A DNA stretch of 64,000 nt from Deltaproteobacteria bacterium (GCA_028817435.1 JAPPPQ010000015.1:89227-153226), one strand, 5' to 3'. Shown: positions 53,114 through 63,417, numbered from the stretch's first letter. Program-made: numbers and translations. Notes: generated from the letters alone by a model not told the origin.

Positions 53114-53445
53114 TGGCGCGGGACGAGAGCCGCTGGCAGCGCATCTATCGGGTGGTGCGGCGCATTCCGCGCGGCCGCGTCGCCACCTACGGGCAGATTG
53201 CGCACTTGGCGGGCCTGCCGCGCCGCGCCCGGCAGGTGGGCTACGCCCTGCACGCCCTGCCGCAAGGCAGCCGCGTTCCCTGGCAGCGCGTCCTCAACGC
53301 GCGCGGCGAGCTGAGCCCCCGCGCCGCGCCGGATGCGGAGCGCTTGCAGCGCGTGCTGCTCGAAGCCGAAGGCGTTTGCTTCGATGCGCGCGGCCGCGTT
53401 GATCTCGCCCGCTTCGGCTGGCGCCCGCGAAGCACCGCGTTGTGA
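53113..53445 (+). CDS. alkyltransferase-like (ATL/YbaZ-type) DNA-binding protein lacking the acceptor cysteine
   Basis: GRVATYGQIAHLAGLPRRARQVG...VPWQRVLN: Trp replaces the Cys of PCHRV. The ATG shares one nt with the helicase TGA (TGATG). Confidence 0.8.
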   Translation: MARDESRWQRIYRVVRRIPRGRVATYGQIAHLAGLPRRARQVGYALHALPQGSRVPWQRVLNARGELSPRAAPDAERLQRVLLEAEGVCFDARGRVDLARFGWRPRSTAL

Positions 53446-53510
53446 GGCGCGCGCCGTGGCTGCGCGGCTTCGCTGTGGCGGCTATTCTCGCGCGCCCGCC
53501 CGGAGGTTCC

Positions 53511-54599
53511 ATGCCGCGCACCCGCAGTGCATCCGCCGCGCCGTGCTCCGCGCCGCGCTTTGCGCTGGCGCTGTGCTTCGCGCTCGCCGGGGCAGCCTCG
53601 GCGCACGAGCAGTTGCTCGATGGCATTGCGGCGCAGGTGGGCAGCGAGATTGTGCTGATCTCGGAGGTGATGCAGGTGGCCGGCCCCGCGCTCGATCAGG
53701 CGCAGGCGGCCGGCGCGCAGCCCGCAGAGCTGCAGGAGATTCGAGATCAGGCGCTGGACCGCGCCATTGAGCGCGCGCTGATTCGCCAGGTGGTGCGCCG
53801 CGCAGAGTTTGACGCCGGCGACGCCGAGGTGGACGATGCAATTGGCAACATCGCCGCCGAGAACGAGATCAGCGTCCCGCAACTTCGGCAGAGCGTCGAA
53901 TCTCAGGGAATGCCCTACGAGATTTACCGCGAGCGCATCCGCGCGGAGATCGAGCACTCGAAGGTGATGAACGGCATTGTCGCTTCGCGGGTGCGCGTCA
54001 GCGAAGAAGAGGTGCGCAAGCGCTACCAGGCCGAGTTCGGCAAGCAGCCCCGGGGCGGCGAGGAGTTTTTTCTGCGCCACCTGCTGTTCTCTTTTGCCGC
54101 GCGCGGCGGCGACCGCAAGGCGGCCTGCGCCGCAGCGCAGGCCGCGCGGGCGCGCATTGCCGGGGGCGAAGACGCCAGCGCAGTAGCCGCCGAGCTTTCC
54201 GAGGCGAACCCCGAGCGCGGCGGGGCGCTCGGCTGGATTCACCGCCGCGATTTGGCCGGCTGGATGGCGCCCGCGGTGCTGCCGCTGGAATCCGGCGCGC
54301 TTTCCGATGTGATTGAAACCGGCTTCGGCTGCAACCTGGTGCAGGTGGTGGAGCGCCGCGAATATCAGCCCGTGACTTTTGAGCGCGCGCAAGATGCACT
54401 GCACGGGCGCATCTTTTCCGAGCGCATGCAGGTGGAGTATGTCAAGTTCATAGATGAAATTCGCTCCGATACCTATATTGAGCGCAAGCCCTTTTTCGCC
54501 GAAGCGCAAGCGGCGGAAACCGAAGCGGAGGCGCAAACAGAATCGGAAGCCGCAGTGCAGGCGCAGGATGCGGCTGCGCCGGATGGAGGCGATGGTTGA
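53511..54599 (+). CDS. surA: periplasmic peptidyl-prolyl isomerase/chaperone (SurA-like, parvulin domain)
   Basis: Signal peptide ...LAGAASAHE, a SurA_N-like region, and a parvulin segment (LRHLLF...[12 protein letters not shown]...GFGCNLVQV). Confidence 0.75.
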   Translation: MPRTRSASAAPCSAPRFALALCFALAGAASAHEQLLDGIAAQVGSEIVLISEVMQVAGPALDQAQAAGAQPAELQEIRDQALDRAIERALIRQVVRRAEFDAGDAEVDDAIGNIAAENEISVPQLRQSVESQGMPYEIYRERIRAEIEHSKVMNGIVASRVRVSEEEVRKRYQAEFGKQPRGGEEFFLRHLLFSFAARGGDRKAACAAAQAARARIAGGEDASAVAAELSEANPERGGALGWIHRRDLAGWMAPAVLPLESGALSDVIETGFGCNLVQVVERREYQPVTFERAQDALHGRIFSERMQVEYVKFIDEIRSDTYIERKPFFAEAQAAETEAEAQTESEAAVQAQDAAAPDGGDG

Positions 54600-56836
54600 G
54601 CGCAAGTTCCACCTGCGGCGCGCCCAGCCACATTGCCGTGCGCGGCGCGCGGCAGCACAACCTGCGGAATCTCGACCTCGACATTCCCCGCAACCGCCTG
54701 GTGGTAATTACCGGGCCTTCGGGCAGCGGCAAATCGAGCCTGGCTTTCGACACGCTCTACGCCGAAGGGCAGCGCCGCTATGTGGAATCGCTCTCGGCAA
54801 ACGCGCGGCAAATTCTGGACCAACTGCCGCGGCCCGATGTGGATTCCATCGAGGGGCTTTCTCCCGCCATTGCCATTGAGCAGCGCGGCGCGCGGCGCGG
54901 CGCGCGCTCCAGCGTCGGCACCCTCAGCGGCATTCGCGATTCTCTGCGCCTGCTCTACGCCCGCGCCGGGCAACCCCACTGCTGGCGCTGCGGCGCGGCC
55001 CTCACGCTGCCGCGCGCCGCGCACACCCGGCAGGCGCGGGCCGCCTGTGCGGATTGCGGCATCGCTTTTCCCGCGCTGACGCCGCGGCACTTCTCCTTCA
55101 ACAGCCGCGCGGGCGCGTGCCCGGATTGCGACGGCCTCGGCTGCATCGTCGAAGCCGCCCCCGCGCGGCGGCGCGGCGCGGCGGGCGGCGCGCTTTCCCG
55201 TTGCACGCGCCCGGCAACCTGCCCCACCTGCGAAGGCGCGCGGCTCAACCGGCCCGCCCGCCATGTGCTGGTGGCGGGGCTCGCCCTGCACGAACTGGAG
55301 CGGCGCAGCATTGCCGAACTGCGCGAATTTCCGGAAGCCGCCGCCCTGCGCGGCCGCGCGCGGCTTATTGCCGAGCGCGTGCTGGAAGAGCTGCGCGAGC
55401 GGCTGCGCTTTTTGTGCGATGTGGGACTCGGCTACCTGTCGCTGGACCGTCCCGCGGCCAGCCTGTCGGGGGGCGAAGCCCAGCGATTGCGGCTCTCCGC
55501 GCAGGTGGGCGCGCAAATGCTGGGCGTTCTCTACATCCTCGACGAACCTTCGGTGGGATTGCACGCCCGCGACTTCAACCGCCTGATGGAGGGATTGGAA
55601 GCGCTGCGCGACTCTGGCAACAGCGTGCTGGTGGTGGAGCACGACGAAGCCGCCATGCGCCGCGCCGACCACATCATTGACCTGGGCCCCGGCGCGGGAG
55701 AGCGCGGCGGCGCGCTGGTGGCCGAAGGAACGCCCGCGGCCATTTGCGCCGCGCGGCATTCTCTCACCGGCGATTATCTGGCGGGGCGGCGCAGGCTCGC
55801 ACTGCCGCGCCGCCGCCCGCTGGAATCTGCGCCGCGCCTGCGGCTGCGCGGCTGCCGTCAGCACAACCTGCGCGGCATTGATGTCGAAATTCCGCTCGGG
55901 CGCTTCTGCGCTGTTACCGGCGTCTCGGGCTCCGGCAAATCCACCCTGGTGGAAGACACCCTGCACCGCGCGCTGGCGCGCGCACTGCATCCGCGCGCGC
56001 AGGGCGCAATCGCCGAGCCGGGCGCGCACGACGAGCTTTTGGGCGCGGAGCATCTGGAGAAGGTAATTGCCGTGGATCAATCGCCTATTGGCCGGACACC
56101 GCGCTCCAACCCCGCAACCTACACCGGCGCATGGGACGGCATTCGCAAACTCTTTGCGCTTGTGCCCGAAGCGCGGGCGCGCGGCTACGGGCCGGGCCGC
56201 TTTTCTTTCAATGTGAAGGGCGGGCGCTGCGAAGCCTGCCAAGGCGATGGGCTGCTGCGGGTGGCGATGCACTTTTTGCCGGACTTCTTTGTCACCTGCG
56301 AAGTGTGCCGGGGCCGCCGCTACAACCGCGAGACGCTGGAGATTTTGCACAAGGGGCAGAGCATTGCCGATGTGCTGGCGCAGAGCGCCGCCGAAGCGCT
56401 GCCCGTTTTTCAGAATGTGCCCGCCGCCGCGCGCCCGCTCCAGGCGCTGGCCGATGTGGGACTCGGCTACCTGCGGCTCGGCCAGCCCGCCTCGGCCCTT
56501 TCGGGCGGCGAAGCGCAGCGCACCAAGCTGGCCCGCGAGCTGGCCCGCCGCAACACCGGCCGCAGCCTCTACATTCTCGATGAACCCACCACCGGCCTGC
56601 ACTTCGCCGATGTGGAGCGCCTGCTGCAGGTGCTGCAACAACTGGTGGATCGCGGCAACACCGTGGTGGTGGTCGAGCACCACCTCGATGTGATCCGCTC
56701 CGCCGATTTCGTGCTGGACCTGGGCCCCGGCGCCGGCGCACAAGGAGGCGCACTGGTCGCCGCCGGCCCCCCCGAACAAATCGCCCACACCCCCCAGAGC
56801 CAAACCGCCCCCTTCCTCCGCGCCGCCCTGGGCTGA
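54596..56836 (+). CDS. UvrA paralog lacking the UvrB-binding and insertion domains (UvrA2/class II-like ABC ATPase)
   Basis: Two ABC modules ([25 protein letters not shown]; [29 protein letters not shown]) and zinc modules. It is 746 aa, against about 940 aa for canonical UvrA. TTGA overlap with surA. Confidence 0.85.
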   Translation: MSASSTCGAPSHIAVRGARQHNLRNLDLDIPRNRLVVITGPSGSGKSSLAFDTLYAEGQRRYVESLSANARQILDQLPRPDVDSIEGLSPAIAIEQRGARRGARSSVGTLSGIRDSLRLLYARAGQPHCWRCGAALTLPRAAHTRQARAACADCGIAFPALTPRHFSFNSRAGACPDCDGLGCIVEAAPARRRGAAGGALSRCTRPATCPTCEGARLNRPARHVLVAGLALHELERRSIAELREFPEAAALRGRARLIAERVLEELRERLRFLCDVGLGYLSLDRPAASLSGGEAQRLRLSAQVGAQMLGVLYILDEPSVGLHARDFNRLMEGLEALRDSGNSVLVVEHDEAAMRRADHIIDLGPGAGERGGALVAEGTPAAICAARHSLTGDYLAGRRRLALPRRRPLESAPRLRLRGCRQHNLRGIDVEIPLGRFCAVTGVSGSGKSTLVEDTLHRALARALHPRAQGAIAEPGAHDELLGAEHLEKVIAVDQSPIGRTPRSNPATYTGAWDGIRKLFALVPEARARGYGPGRFSFNVKGGRCEACQGDGLLRVAMHFLPDFFVTCEVCRGRRYNRETLEILHKGQSIADVLAQSAAEALPVFQNVPAAARPLQALADVGLGYLRLGQPASALSGGEAQRTKLARELARRNTGRSLYILDEPTTGLHFADVERLLQVLQQLVDRGNTVVVVEHHLDVIRSADFVLDLGPGAGAQGGALVAAGPPEQIAHTPQSQTAPFLRAALG

Positions 56837-56842
56837 TTGTGT

Positions 56843-58378
56843 TCAGAGCATTGGCTTCTGTTTGCCGAGGGCGGCGCGGGCGGCTTTGGTGTAGGGGACG
56901 ATGGGTTGGGGCATATCGGGCCGCTTTCCCTGGAAGTGCGCCTCGGCGGACCATACCTGCAACCGGGGGTAGCGCTTGCCTGTCCAAGCGTGAGTCCAGT
57001 TTCCCTTGCGGGCGCAGATGCGGCGAATGGTATCGCCGCCGGCTTCGCGCAAGCCAATCAGAATGGCGGCTTCATATGCGCCGTTCAGTTGATTGCCCAG
57101 CGCGCGCACATCGTCGGGGCGAATCGCGCCGGATTTCACCTGGACGGCGCCGCGAAGCGGATTCGCACCCTCGCGGTCCGGCCAGAGCAATATACCGTCA
57201 ACTCCGTCGTCGCCAATCTCGCGGTCATTGGGAACAGCGTCTATGAGACTGCAGGCCCAGCGCTGAAACTCAAAGCGGCCCGCATTCTTGCCGTGCTTTT
57301 CTCCCCTTGCGCCCGCGCGCGTCGCCATTTGCCATGCGGCATCGAGGTCTTGCGGCTCCGAGCCGGTGATGTTGTAGAGCGTGCGCCGCGCCAGGTGTTC
57401 TGCGCCAGCCAGGTCGGTGGGAATGCCGGAGACGCGGATCTTTTCGAGCAGTTTCTTCCCATAGCGGTCGGCCAAGCGGTGCTGAATCAGGTCTATGGCG
57501 AGATAGCTGATGTCCACGCCAATCCAGCGCCTGCCGAGATTCTCCGCCGCATCCACTGTGGTTCCGCAGCCACAGAAAGGATCGAGCACCACATCCCCCT
57601 CATTGCTGGAGGCCCGGATCATGCGCTCCAGCAGCGCCAGGGGCTTTTGTGTGTCGTAGCCGAGCCGTTCGGGAGACCAGGTTTGCAGCGAATTGATGTC
57701 CGCCCACCAATCGGTCATGTGCGCGCCGCGTTCCAAGTCTCGGGCGGTGTTGTCTATGCTGACGCCGCCCCGGCTTTCCACCAGCTTTTTGGACGCGTCG
57801 GAATACTCCATGTATTGGGGATTGAATGCCTTCGCCTTTCCCTTGGAGTAGAAGAAAATTACATTGTGCTTTCGGGCGAAGGCGCGCCGGGGAACGCCGC
57901 CCCCGCGAAAACACCAGATAATCTCGTTCGAGATATGCCGGGCGTCGAATACTGCATCGAGCAGAATCTTCAGATAGTGAGAAGCCGTGGGGTCGCAGTG
58001 CAGATACAGGCTGCCGCCCGGCTTCAACACATCCCGAAGCAACAACAGGCGCTCGCCCATGTAGAGCAGATAGGAAAGCATCCCCGTGGGCCCCAGAATC
58101 TGGCGAAAGCCCTCAATGGCCGCGGTCAATTTCCGATCATCGCCCTGCGCCACGCGCGCGAAGCTGTCCTCGTCCTCCGCATTCCAGGTCCAGAGATCGC
58201 GGAATGCCTCGGTCTGCGCGCGGTCCTCGCCCCTGCCAAAGATGACATTGTATTTCGCCTTGGAATTGAAAGGCGGATCCAAATAGATCATATCCACGCT
58301 CTCCCGGCCAATCTGCCCGCTTTGCAGGATATCCAGGCAATCGCCGTAGAAGAGGTTTCGGGGGGATGCGCGCTTCAC
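56843..58378 (-). CDS. DNA methyltransferase (beta-class, DPPF) fused to a C-terminal Mrr-like restriction-endonuclease domain
   Basis: IYLDPPF (motif IV) then VLDPFCGCGTT (motif I). The C-terminus GDDGVDGILLW...GAVQVKSG matches the Mrr_cat D...(Q/E)xK pattern. GTG start lies 4 nt after the egtB stop. Confidence 0.8.
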   Translation of the reverse strand: MKRASPRNLFYGDCLDILQSGQIGRESVDMIYLDPPFNSKAKYNVIFGRGEDRAQTEAFRDLWTWNAEDEDSFARVAQGDDRKLTAAIEGFRQILGPTGMLSYLLYMGERLLLLRDVLKPGGSLYLHCDPTASHYLKILLDAVFDARHISNEIIWCFRGGGVPRRAFARKHNVIFFYSKGKAKAFNPQYMEYSDASKKLVESRGGVSIDNTARDLERGAHMTDWWADINSLQTWSPERLGYDTQKPLALLERMIRASSNEGDVVLDPFCGCGTTVDAAENLGRRWIGVDISYLAIDLIQHRLADRYGKKLLEKIRVSGIPTDLAGAEHLARRTLYNITGSEPQDLDAAWQMATRAGARGEKHGKNAGRFEFQRWACSLIDAVPNDREIGDDGVDGILLWPDREGANPLRGAVQVKSGAIRPDDVRALGNQLNGAYEAAILIGLREAGGDTIRRICARKGNWTHAWTGKRYPRLQVWSAEAHFQGKRPDMPQPIVPYTKAARAALGKQKPML

Positions 58379-58382
58379 CGAT

Positions 58383-59765
58383 TCACTGCTCCGAGTTGCG
58401 GGCGAGGCGGATGCCGCTGTATTGCCAGCGGGCGTCGGGGTAGAAGAAGTTGCGGTAGGTGGCGCGGATGTGGCGCGCCGGGGTGGCGCAGGAGCCGCCG
58501 CGCAGCACGAGTTGGTTGGCCATGAATTTGCCGTTGTATTCGCCGAGTGCGCCGGGCGGGGCGGTGTAGCCGGGGTAGGGCGCGTAGGCGCTGGCGGTCC
58601 ATTCCCAGACATCGCCGTAGAGCTGCAGCATTTCGCACTCTGCGGCGGGAGCGGCCTCGGAGGCGGGGGCGGGGTGGAAGCGCCGGTGTTCGGCGAAGTG
58701 GCCGCGCAGCGGGGTGTCTGCGGCTACTGCTTCCCATTCAAGCTCGGTGGGCAGCCGCGCTCCCGCCCAGCGGGCGTAGGCATCGGCCTCGTAGGCGGAT
58801 ACATGGGTTACGGGCTCGGCGGGGTGAACGGGTGCGAGGCCGGCCAGCGTGTAGTGAAACCACGCGCCGTCCTGCTGCCAGTAGAGCGGCGCGCGCCAGC
58901 CGTGCCGTTGCACGGCGGCCCAGCCGTCGGAGAGCCAGAGCTCGGGGCGCTGATAGCCGGAGTCGGCCATGAATTCCAGGTATTCGCCTGCGGTCACCGG
59001 GCGGCTCGCCAGCTCGAAGCCGTGCAGGTGGGCCAGGTGGCGCGGCCCCTCGTTGTCGAAGGCGAAGCCCGCGCCGCCGTGCCCGAACTCTCGCAGCCCG
59101 GCGGAAACGCGCCGCCACGCAAGCGGCGGCGCGCCGTCGCTGCTTTCGGCGCTGCCGCTTGCATCCGCAGCGCCGCCGCGAATGCGTGCGCCGCCTCCAC
59201 GGCCACGGCCCGCGCTGCCATTGTCTTCGCCGATTTCGCCGCTTGTCGCGCCGCCGCCCGCCGCGTTGCACGCGCCGTAAATGGGGTGCGTGGGGTTTTG
59301 CGCCAGCAGGTGCTTGAGATCGGTGACGATCAGCTCCTGGTGCTGCTGTTCGTGGTGCAGGCCGAGCAGGGCCACCCGCGCCAGTTCATCCGAAAGCGCG
59401 CCGCGCGTCAGCAGTTTCTCCATGTGCGAGTCCACGCGCTGCCGGTAATCGCGCACCTCGCCGATGCCGGGGCGGGTCACCAGCCCGCGCTGCGGTCTTG
59501 CAAACTGCTCGCCCACGCTGTTGTAGTAAGAGTTGAAGAGCACGCGATAGGCGGGATCGCATGGCGCGTGGCCGGGCAGCGCCTTTTCCAGCACAAAGGT
59601 TTCGAAGAACCAGGTGGTGTGCGCCAGGTGCCACTTCACCGGGCTGGCATCCGGCATGGATTGCGGAGTCTGATCCTCGGGCGAAAGGGGCTTCGCCAAC
59701 GCTTCGCTGGCGCTGCGCACCTGGCGGTAGAAATCGCGCAACTCGGCGGCCATGGCGCGAAACAT
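58383..59765 (-). CDS. egtB: ergothioneine biosynthesis sulfoxide synthase (DinB_2 plus FGE-sulfatase domains)
   Basis: VKWHLAHTTWFFETF, HHEQQHQELI, FAFDNEGPRH, GDVWEWT, RGGSCATP. ATG 59765 (alternative 59753). Confidence 0.85.
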   Translation of the reverse strand: MFRAMAAELRDFYRQVRSASEALAKPLSPEDQTPQSMPDASPVKWHLAHTTWFFETFVLEKALPGHAPCDPAYRVLFNSYYNSVGEQFARPQRGLVTRPGIGEVRDYRQRVDSHMEKLLTRGALSDELARVALLGLHHEQQHQELIVTDLKHLLAQNPTHPIYGACNAAGGGATSGEIGEDNGSAGRGRGGGARIRGGAADASGSAESSDGAPPLAWRRVSAGLREFGHGGAGFAFDNEGPRHLAHLHGFELASRPVTAGEYLEFMADSGYQRPELWLSDGWAAVQRHGWRAPLYWQQDGAWFHYTLAGLAPVHPAEPVTHVSAYEADAYARWAGARLPTELEWEAVAADTPLRGHFAEHRRFHPAPASEAAPAAECEMLQLYGDVWEWTASAYAPYPGYTAPPGALGEYNGKFMANQLVLRGGSCATPARHIRATYRNFFYPDARWQYSGIRLARNSEQ

Positions 59766-59813
59766 ACCGCATGCGGTGGTAGCATTGCGCGGGTGGAAGA
59801 CGCGCGGGATTCG

Positions 59814-60722
59814 ATGTTGGTGATCGGCGCCAACGGCCACTTGGGCCGGGCGCTGCTGTGCACGCCGGGGGGCTGGCCGGCGCGGGCGCTGGTGCGCTCG
59901 GCCCGGGCCGAAGCGCAGTTGCGCGCGCTGCCCCCGCAGTGGCAGCCGCAGATTCACCGCGCGCCGCGCCTGGATGCGGAATCGCTGGCCCAGGCCGGCG
60001 CGGGCTGCGCGGGCTTTGTGCACCTGGCCGGCATTTTGCGGGAGACGCGCAGTGCGCGCTATCGGGACGCCCATGAGCGAATTGCCGAGGCGGTGGCCCG
60101 CGCGGCGGAGCGCTGCGGCACCCGGCGCATTGTGTGGATCGGCATTCTCGGCGCGGCGGAAGATTCGCCCAACGCCTGCCTGGCCTCGAAGGCGCGGGCC
60201 GAGGCAATTTTGCGCGGGGGCGCAACGCCGGTGACGGCGCTGCGCGTGCCCATGGTGCTGGGCCCCGGCGAGCTGGCCGCCGCCGCGCTGCGCCGCCGCG
60301 CCCAGGCGCGCGTTGCGCTGCTGCCCAGGGGCGGCGCGAGCCTGGAGCAGCCCCTGGATGCGCGGGATCTGATCGCCGCCATCCGCGCCGCCCTTGCGGA
60401 CCGTTCGGCGCAATCGCACAGCCTGGATCTCGCCGGGCCGGAGAGCCTGCCCCGCCGCGCCCTGCTGGCGCGGGCCGCCCGCGCGCTGGGCCAAAGCCCG
60501 CCCCGGATTCTCCCGCTGCCGCTCGGGGCGCTGCGGCTCTTTGCCGCGCTGGCCGAGCGCCTGGCCGAGCCGCCGCTCACCCGCGCCATGCTGGGCGTGC
60601 TGGAGCACGACGATTGCGTGGATCCGCAGCCGGCGCTGCGCCGCCTGGGCATTGCGCTGCATTCTCTGGACGAGACTCTGCGCGCAAGCCTCGGCGCAAG
60701 CTCCGCGGAGCGCGCGGCATGA
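59814..60722 (+). CDS. NAD(P)-binding NmrA/SDR-family protein
   Basis: N-terminal Rossmann MLVIGANGHLG. Atypical-SDR length of 302 aa. Confidence 0.65.
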   Translation: MLVIGANGHLGRALLCTPGGWPARALVRSARAEAQLRALPPQWQPQIHRAPRLDAESLAQAGAGCAGFVHLAGILRETRSARYRDAHERIAEAVARAAERCGTRRIVWIGILGAAEDSPNACLASKARAEAILRGGATPVTALRVPMVLGPGELAAAALRRRAQARVALLPRGGASLEQPLDARDLIAAIRAALADRSAQSHSLDLAGPESLPRRALLARAARALGQSPPRILPLPLGALRLFAALAERLAEPPLTRAMLGVLEHDDCVDPQPALRRLGIALHSLDETLRASLGASSAERAA

Positions 60723-61666
60723 GCGGCGCGCGGCGCACGGCGCTCTGGAAGCAACTGCTGCCCTGGGCCATTTCGCTGGCCTGCTTCGCCTATCTCTACG
60801 GGCGCATTGCGCGGGCCGCGGGCGAGCGCGGCGTGCTGCCCTATCTGGCCGAGGTCTTCGCCTCGGTCAACTGGACGGCGTGGCTGGCGCTCATGGTTCC
60901 CTATTCGCTGCTGTATCTGGCGGTGGATACGCTGGTGCTGTGGCGCGCGGTCAACTGGTTCAACGCGCGCATTTCCTACGGCAGCCTGCTGCCGCTGCGC
61001 GCCAGCAGCTACATCATTTCCATTCTGAACGAACAGGTGGGCAAGGGCGCCATCGCCCTTTACCTGAACCGCCGCGAAGCCGTGCCGGGGTTGCAGCTCG
61101 CCTCCAGCCTGCTCTTCATCATGTTCTGCGAGTTCTACTATCTGCTCTGCTGGGCGCTGCTGGGCTGGAATCTCTCGGGAGATTCGCTGCCCGCCGCCCT
61201 CGGCGCAATTCCCTGGATTGCCCTCATTGCCGGGCTGTTCTTCGCGCTCTTCGTGTGGTTTTTCCGCGGCGCGCGCTTCAATCGCTTTGCGTCGCGCGGG
61301 CGGCAGCTCTTTCACGCCTTTCGCCACGCTCCGGCCTGGCGCTACGGCGTGATTATGCTGCTGCGCTCGCCCGCGCTGCTGGCCGCGGTCTGGGTCTATG
61401 CGCGGGCCGCCGAGCTTTTCGGCGTGGAGGTTCCGCTGCTGGATATGCTGGGCGCGCTTCCCATCATTTTCTTCGGCACGCTCATTCCCGGGCCGTTCCG
61501 CGCCGCCGCCATTTCGCTGTGGACGGTGCTGATGCCGGAGCAGGACGCGGGCCGCGTCGCCGCCTTCGGCTTCGTGCAGCACAACTTCTTCCTGCTCTTC
61601 AACGCCGCCATCGGCCTGCTGTTTTTGCGCCGCGCAAACCGCGCGCTCTTCGGCACGCAGGGCTAG
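60719..61666 (+). CDS. UPF0104/LPG-synthase-TM (flippase-like) family membrane protein
   Basis: Polytopic membrane protein with an N-terminus typical of the family (LWKQLLPWAISLACFAYL...). ATGA overlap with the SDR gene. Confidence 0.6.
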   Translation: MSGARRTALWKQLLPWAISLACFAYLYGRIARAAGERGVLPYLAEVFASVNWTAWLALMVPYSLLYLAVDTLVLWRAVNWFNARISYGSLLPLRASSYIISILNEQVGKGAIALYLNRREAVPGLQLASSLLFIMFCEFYYLLCWALLGWNLSGDSLPAALGAIPWIALIAGLFFALFVWFFRGARFNRFASRGRQLFHAFRHAPAWRYGVIMLLRSPALLAAVWVYARAAELFGVEVPLLDMLGALPIIFFGTLIPGPFRAAAISLWTVLMPEQDAGRVAAFGFVQHNFFLLFNAAIGLLFLRRANRALFGTQG

Positions 61667-62202
61667 CGCGCGCCTTTGCGCAACAGGGCGGCGGCGCGGT
61701 CGAGCATGGAGAGCAGCGTAGAGGCCAGCAGCGCGAAGCCGCCGATGGCCACCCAGTGGGCGGGGGGCCAGCCGAGCTGCAGGCCGTCGCGCACCACGGG
61801 CACGCCGAGCAGGGCGAAGTAGGCGACGCCGTTCCAGCGCCCCAATTGGCTGAGCCGCAGCGGCAAGCCGCGCAGCGCGCCCGAGTCCAGCGCGTATTGC
61901 AAAAAGGCCAGGGCCACCAGCGGCGCCAGCCAGGGCGTCAGCTCGCCGCGCGCGGCCAGGGCGGCCAGGCCGAAGACGACGAAGCAGGCGTCGCAGGCGT
62001 GGTCCAGCAGGCGGCCCAGCGCGCTGGCCGCGCCGTCGCGCCGCGCCAGCCAGCCGTCCAGCAAATCGCTGGCTACGCCGAACCCAAACAGCGCCAGCGC
62101 CATGGCGGGGGCGCCCCGCAGCAATGCATCGGCCAACAGCGGGGCGGCCAGCAGGCGCAATCCCGTCAGCACATTTGCCCGCGTTCGCCAGCCGCCGCGC
62201 AT
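61663..62202 (-). CDS. CDP-alcohol phosphatidyltransferase family protein
   Basis: Signature D-x2-DG-x2-AR...G-x3-D-x3-D, present as SDLLDGWLARR...GRLLDHACDA. Confidence 0.85.
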   Translation of the reverse strand: MRGGWRTRANVLTGLRLLAAPLLADALLRGAPAMALALFGFGVASDLLDGWLARRDGAASALGRLLDHACDACFVVFGLAALAARGELTPWLAPLVALAFLQYALDSGALRGLPLRLSQLGRWNGVAYFALLGVPVVRDGLQLGWPPAHWVAIGGFALLASTLLSMLDRAAALLRKGAR

Positions 62203-62267
62203 CGCCGCGCAGCATAACGGGCTACGCTGCCGCAGGCCGCGGCAGGCGCGGAAGGAGGGCGCGGAAA

Positions 62268-62666
62268 ATGCGCGGGCAGAAGCGGCGCGGGCAGCGCAAT
62301 TGCATTGGGCTCGCCGCGCTGGCGCTGTGCGGCGCTCTTGGCGCATGGGCCTGCTCGCAGGCAGAGCCGGATTCGCAGGACGCGCAGTTGCGCCGGGGCG
62401 CGGCCATTTATCGCATCAGTTGCGGCGCTTGCCACCACGCGCAACAGCCGGGCCGGGCGGGACCCATCGGGCCGCCGCTGGCCGGCGCGAGCATGGCACT
62501 GCTCGAGGCCAAGGTGCTGCGCAACGAGTATCCGCCCGGCTACCAGCCGCTGCGCGATACCAACAGCATGATCGCGCTGCCGCACCTCGCGCCGGATTTG
62601 CCCGCGCTGCACGCCTTCTTGCAGGCCGCCGCGCCCGGCCCCGCTACGGCCGCGCCGCCGCGTTGA
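62268..62666 (+). CDS. c-type cytochrome (probable lipoprotein)
   Basis: GAAGGAGGG then ATG 62268. Signal plus lipobox ALGAWAC. Heme motif CGACHH. Confidence 0.75.
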   Translation: MRGQKRRGQRNCIGLAALALCGALGAWACSQAEPDSQDAQLRRGAAIYRISCGACHHAQQPGRAGPIGPPLAGASMALLEAKVLRNEYPPGYQPLRDTNSMIALPHLAPDLPALHAFLQAAAPGPATAAPPR

Positions 62667-62706
62667 CGGCGGCGCGGGCCGCGGCGTTCGCGGCATTTGG
62701 TGAAAG

Positions 62707-63417
62707 CTAGACGGTGTGAACCGCGCCGATGACGAAGAGCAGCACGGTCAGCGCGACTCCGGCGTGGATGGTGGAGGTGTGCTTCGCCAGGTAGTTCTGG
62801 CGCTTGCCGGTTCCCACCAGCGCGTTCAGCTCCAGCGCCAGCACGGCGGCCAGCACGGGCAGCCAGTAGCGGAGCAGATCGCCCTGGCCGTTTGCCAGCG
62901 CTTGCCAGTGGCTCGCCGATCCCATGAAGAAGAGCATGGGAATGGAGAACAGCGTGTTGGTGCGCGAGGCCCGGGCCGCCAGCGCCGCCTTTTCCGGCGT
63001 GCCCGCCACGGCCTCGCCGCCCGCGGCCTGCTGCTCGGCGCTCTGAATCACAAAGTCGCGCTGCGCCGGCCAGATTACGAACCACACATTGAACCACATG
63101 AGCGTGCCCAGCGCGCCGCCGGTGAGAATGAGGGTCATGTAGGCATCGCCCAGGGTGAGCGGGCCGTGCAGCTTCATCAACACGATGATCCAGCCCGTCA
63201 GGAAGGTGAACATGGCGCCCCAGCGGAACCACCACATGGCTTTGGGCATGAGGCCCCGCGTCATGGCGCTCTTTGCCTGCGCGCCCAGATCGGTGGCGAA
63301 GAATGGGGTCTGGATGAAGTTGAAGTAGTAGAGAATGCCGATCCAGGTGACGCCGGCCATGAAATGCAGCCAGCGCAGGATGAACTCCCAGCCGGCCATC
63401 GTGGTGATGATTTCCAT
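62707..63417 (-). CDS. polytopic membrane protein resembling the PuuD-type N-terminal membrane domain
   Basis: AAGGAGGGG then ATG 63417. WEFILRWLHFMAGVTWIGILYYFNFIQ resembles the urate-hydroxylase membrane domain start. Assignment is tentative. Confidence 0.5.
   Translation of the reverse strand: MEIITTMAGWEFILRWLHFMAGVTWIGILYYFNFIQTPFFATDLGAQAKSAMTRGLMPKAMWWFRWGAMFTFLTGWIIVLMKLHGPLTLGDAYMTLILTGGALGTLMWFNVWFVIWPAQRDFVIQSAEQQAAGGEAVAGTPEKAALAARASRTNTLFSIPMLFFMGSASHWQALANGQGDLLRYWLPVLAAVLALELNALVGTGKRQNYLAKHTSTIHAGVALTVLLFVIGAVHTV

Noticed and set aside
62268-63417. Idea that the cytochrome c and the PuuD-like membrane protein form a split urate hydroxylase
   Set aside because: The two genes are convergent, and the resemblance of the membrane protein to PuuD rests only on its first approximately 30 residues. 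The evidence is too weak.
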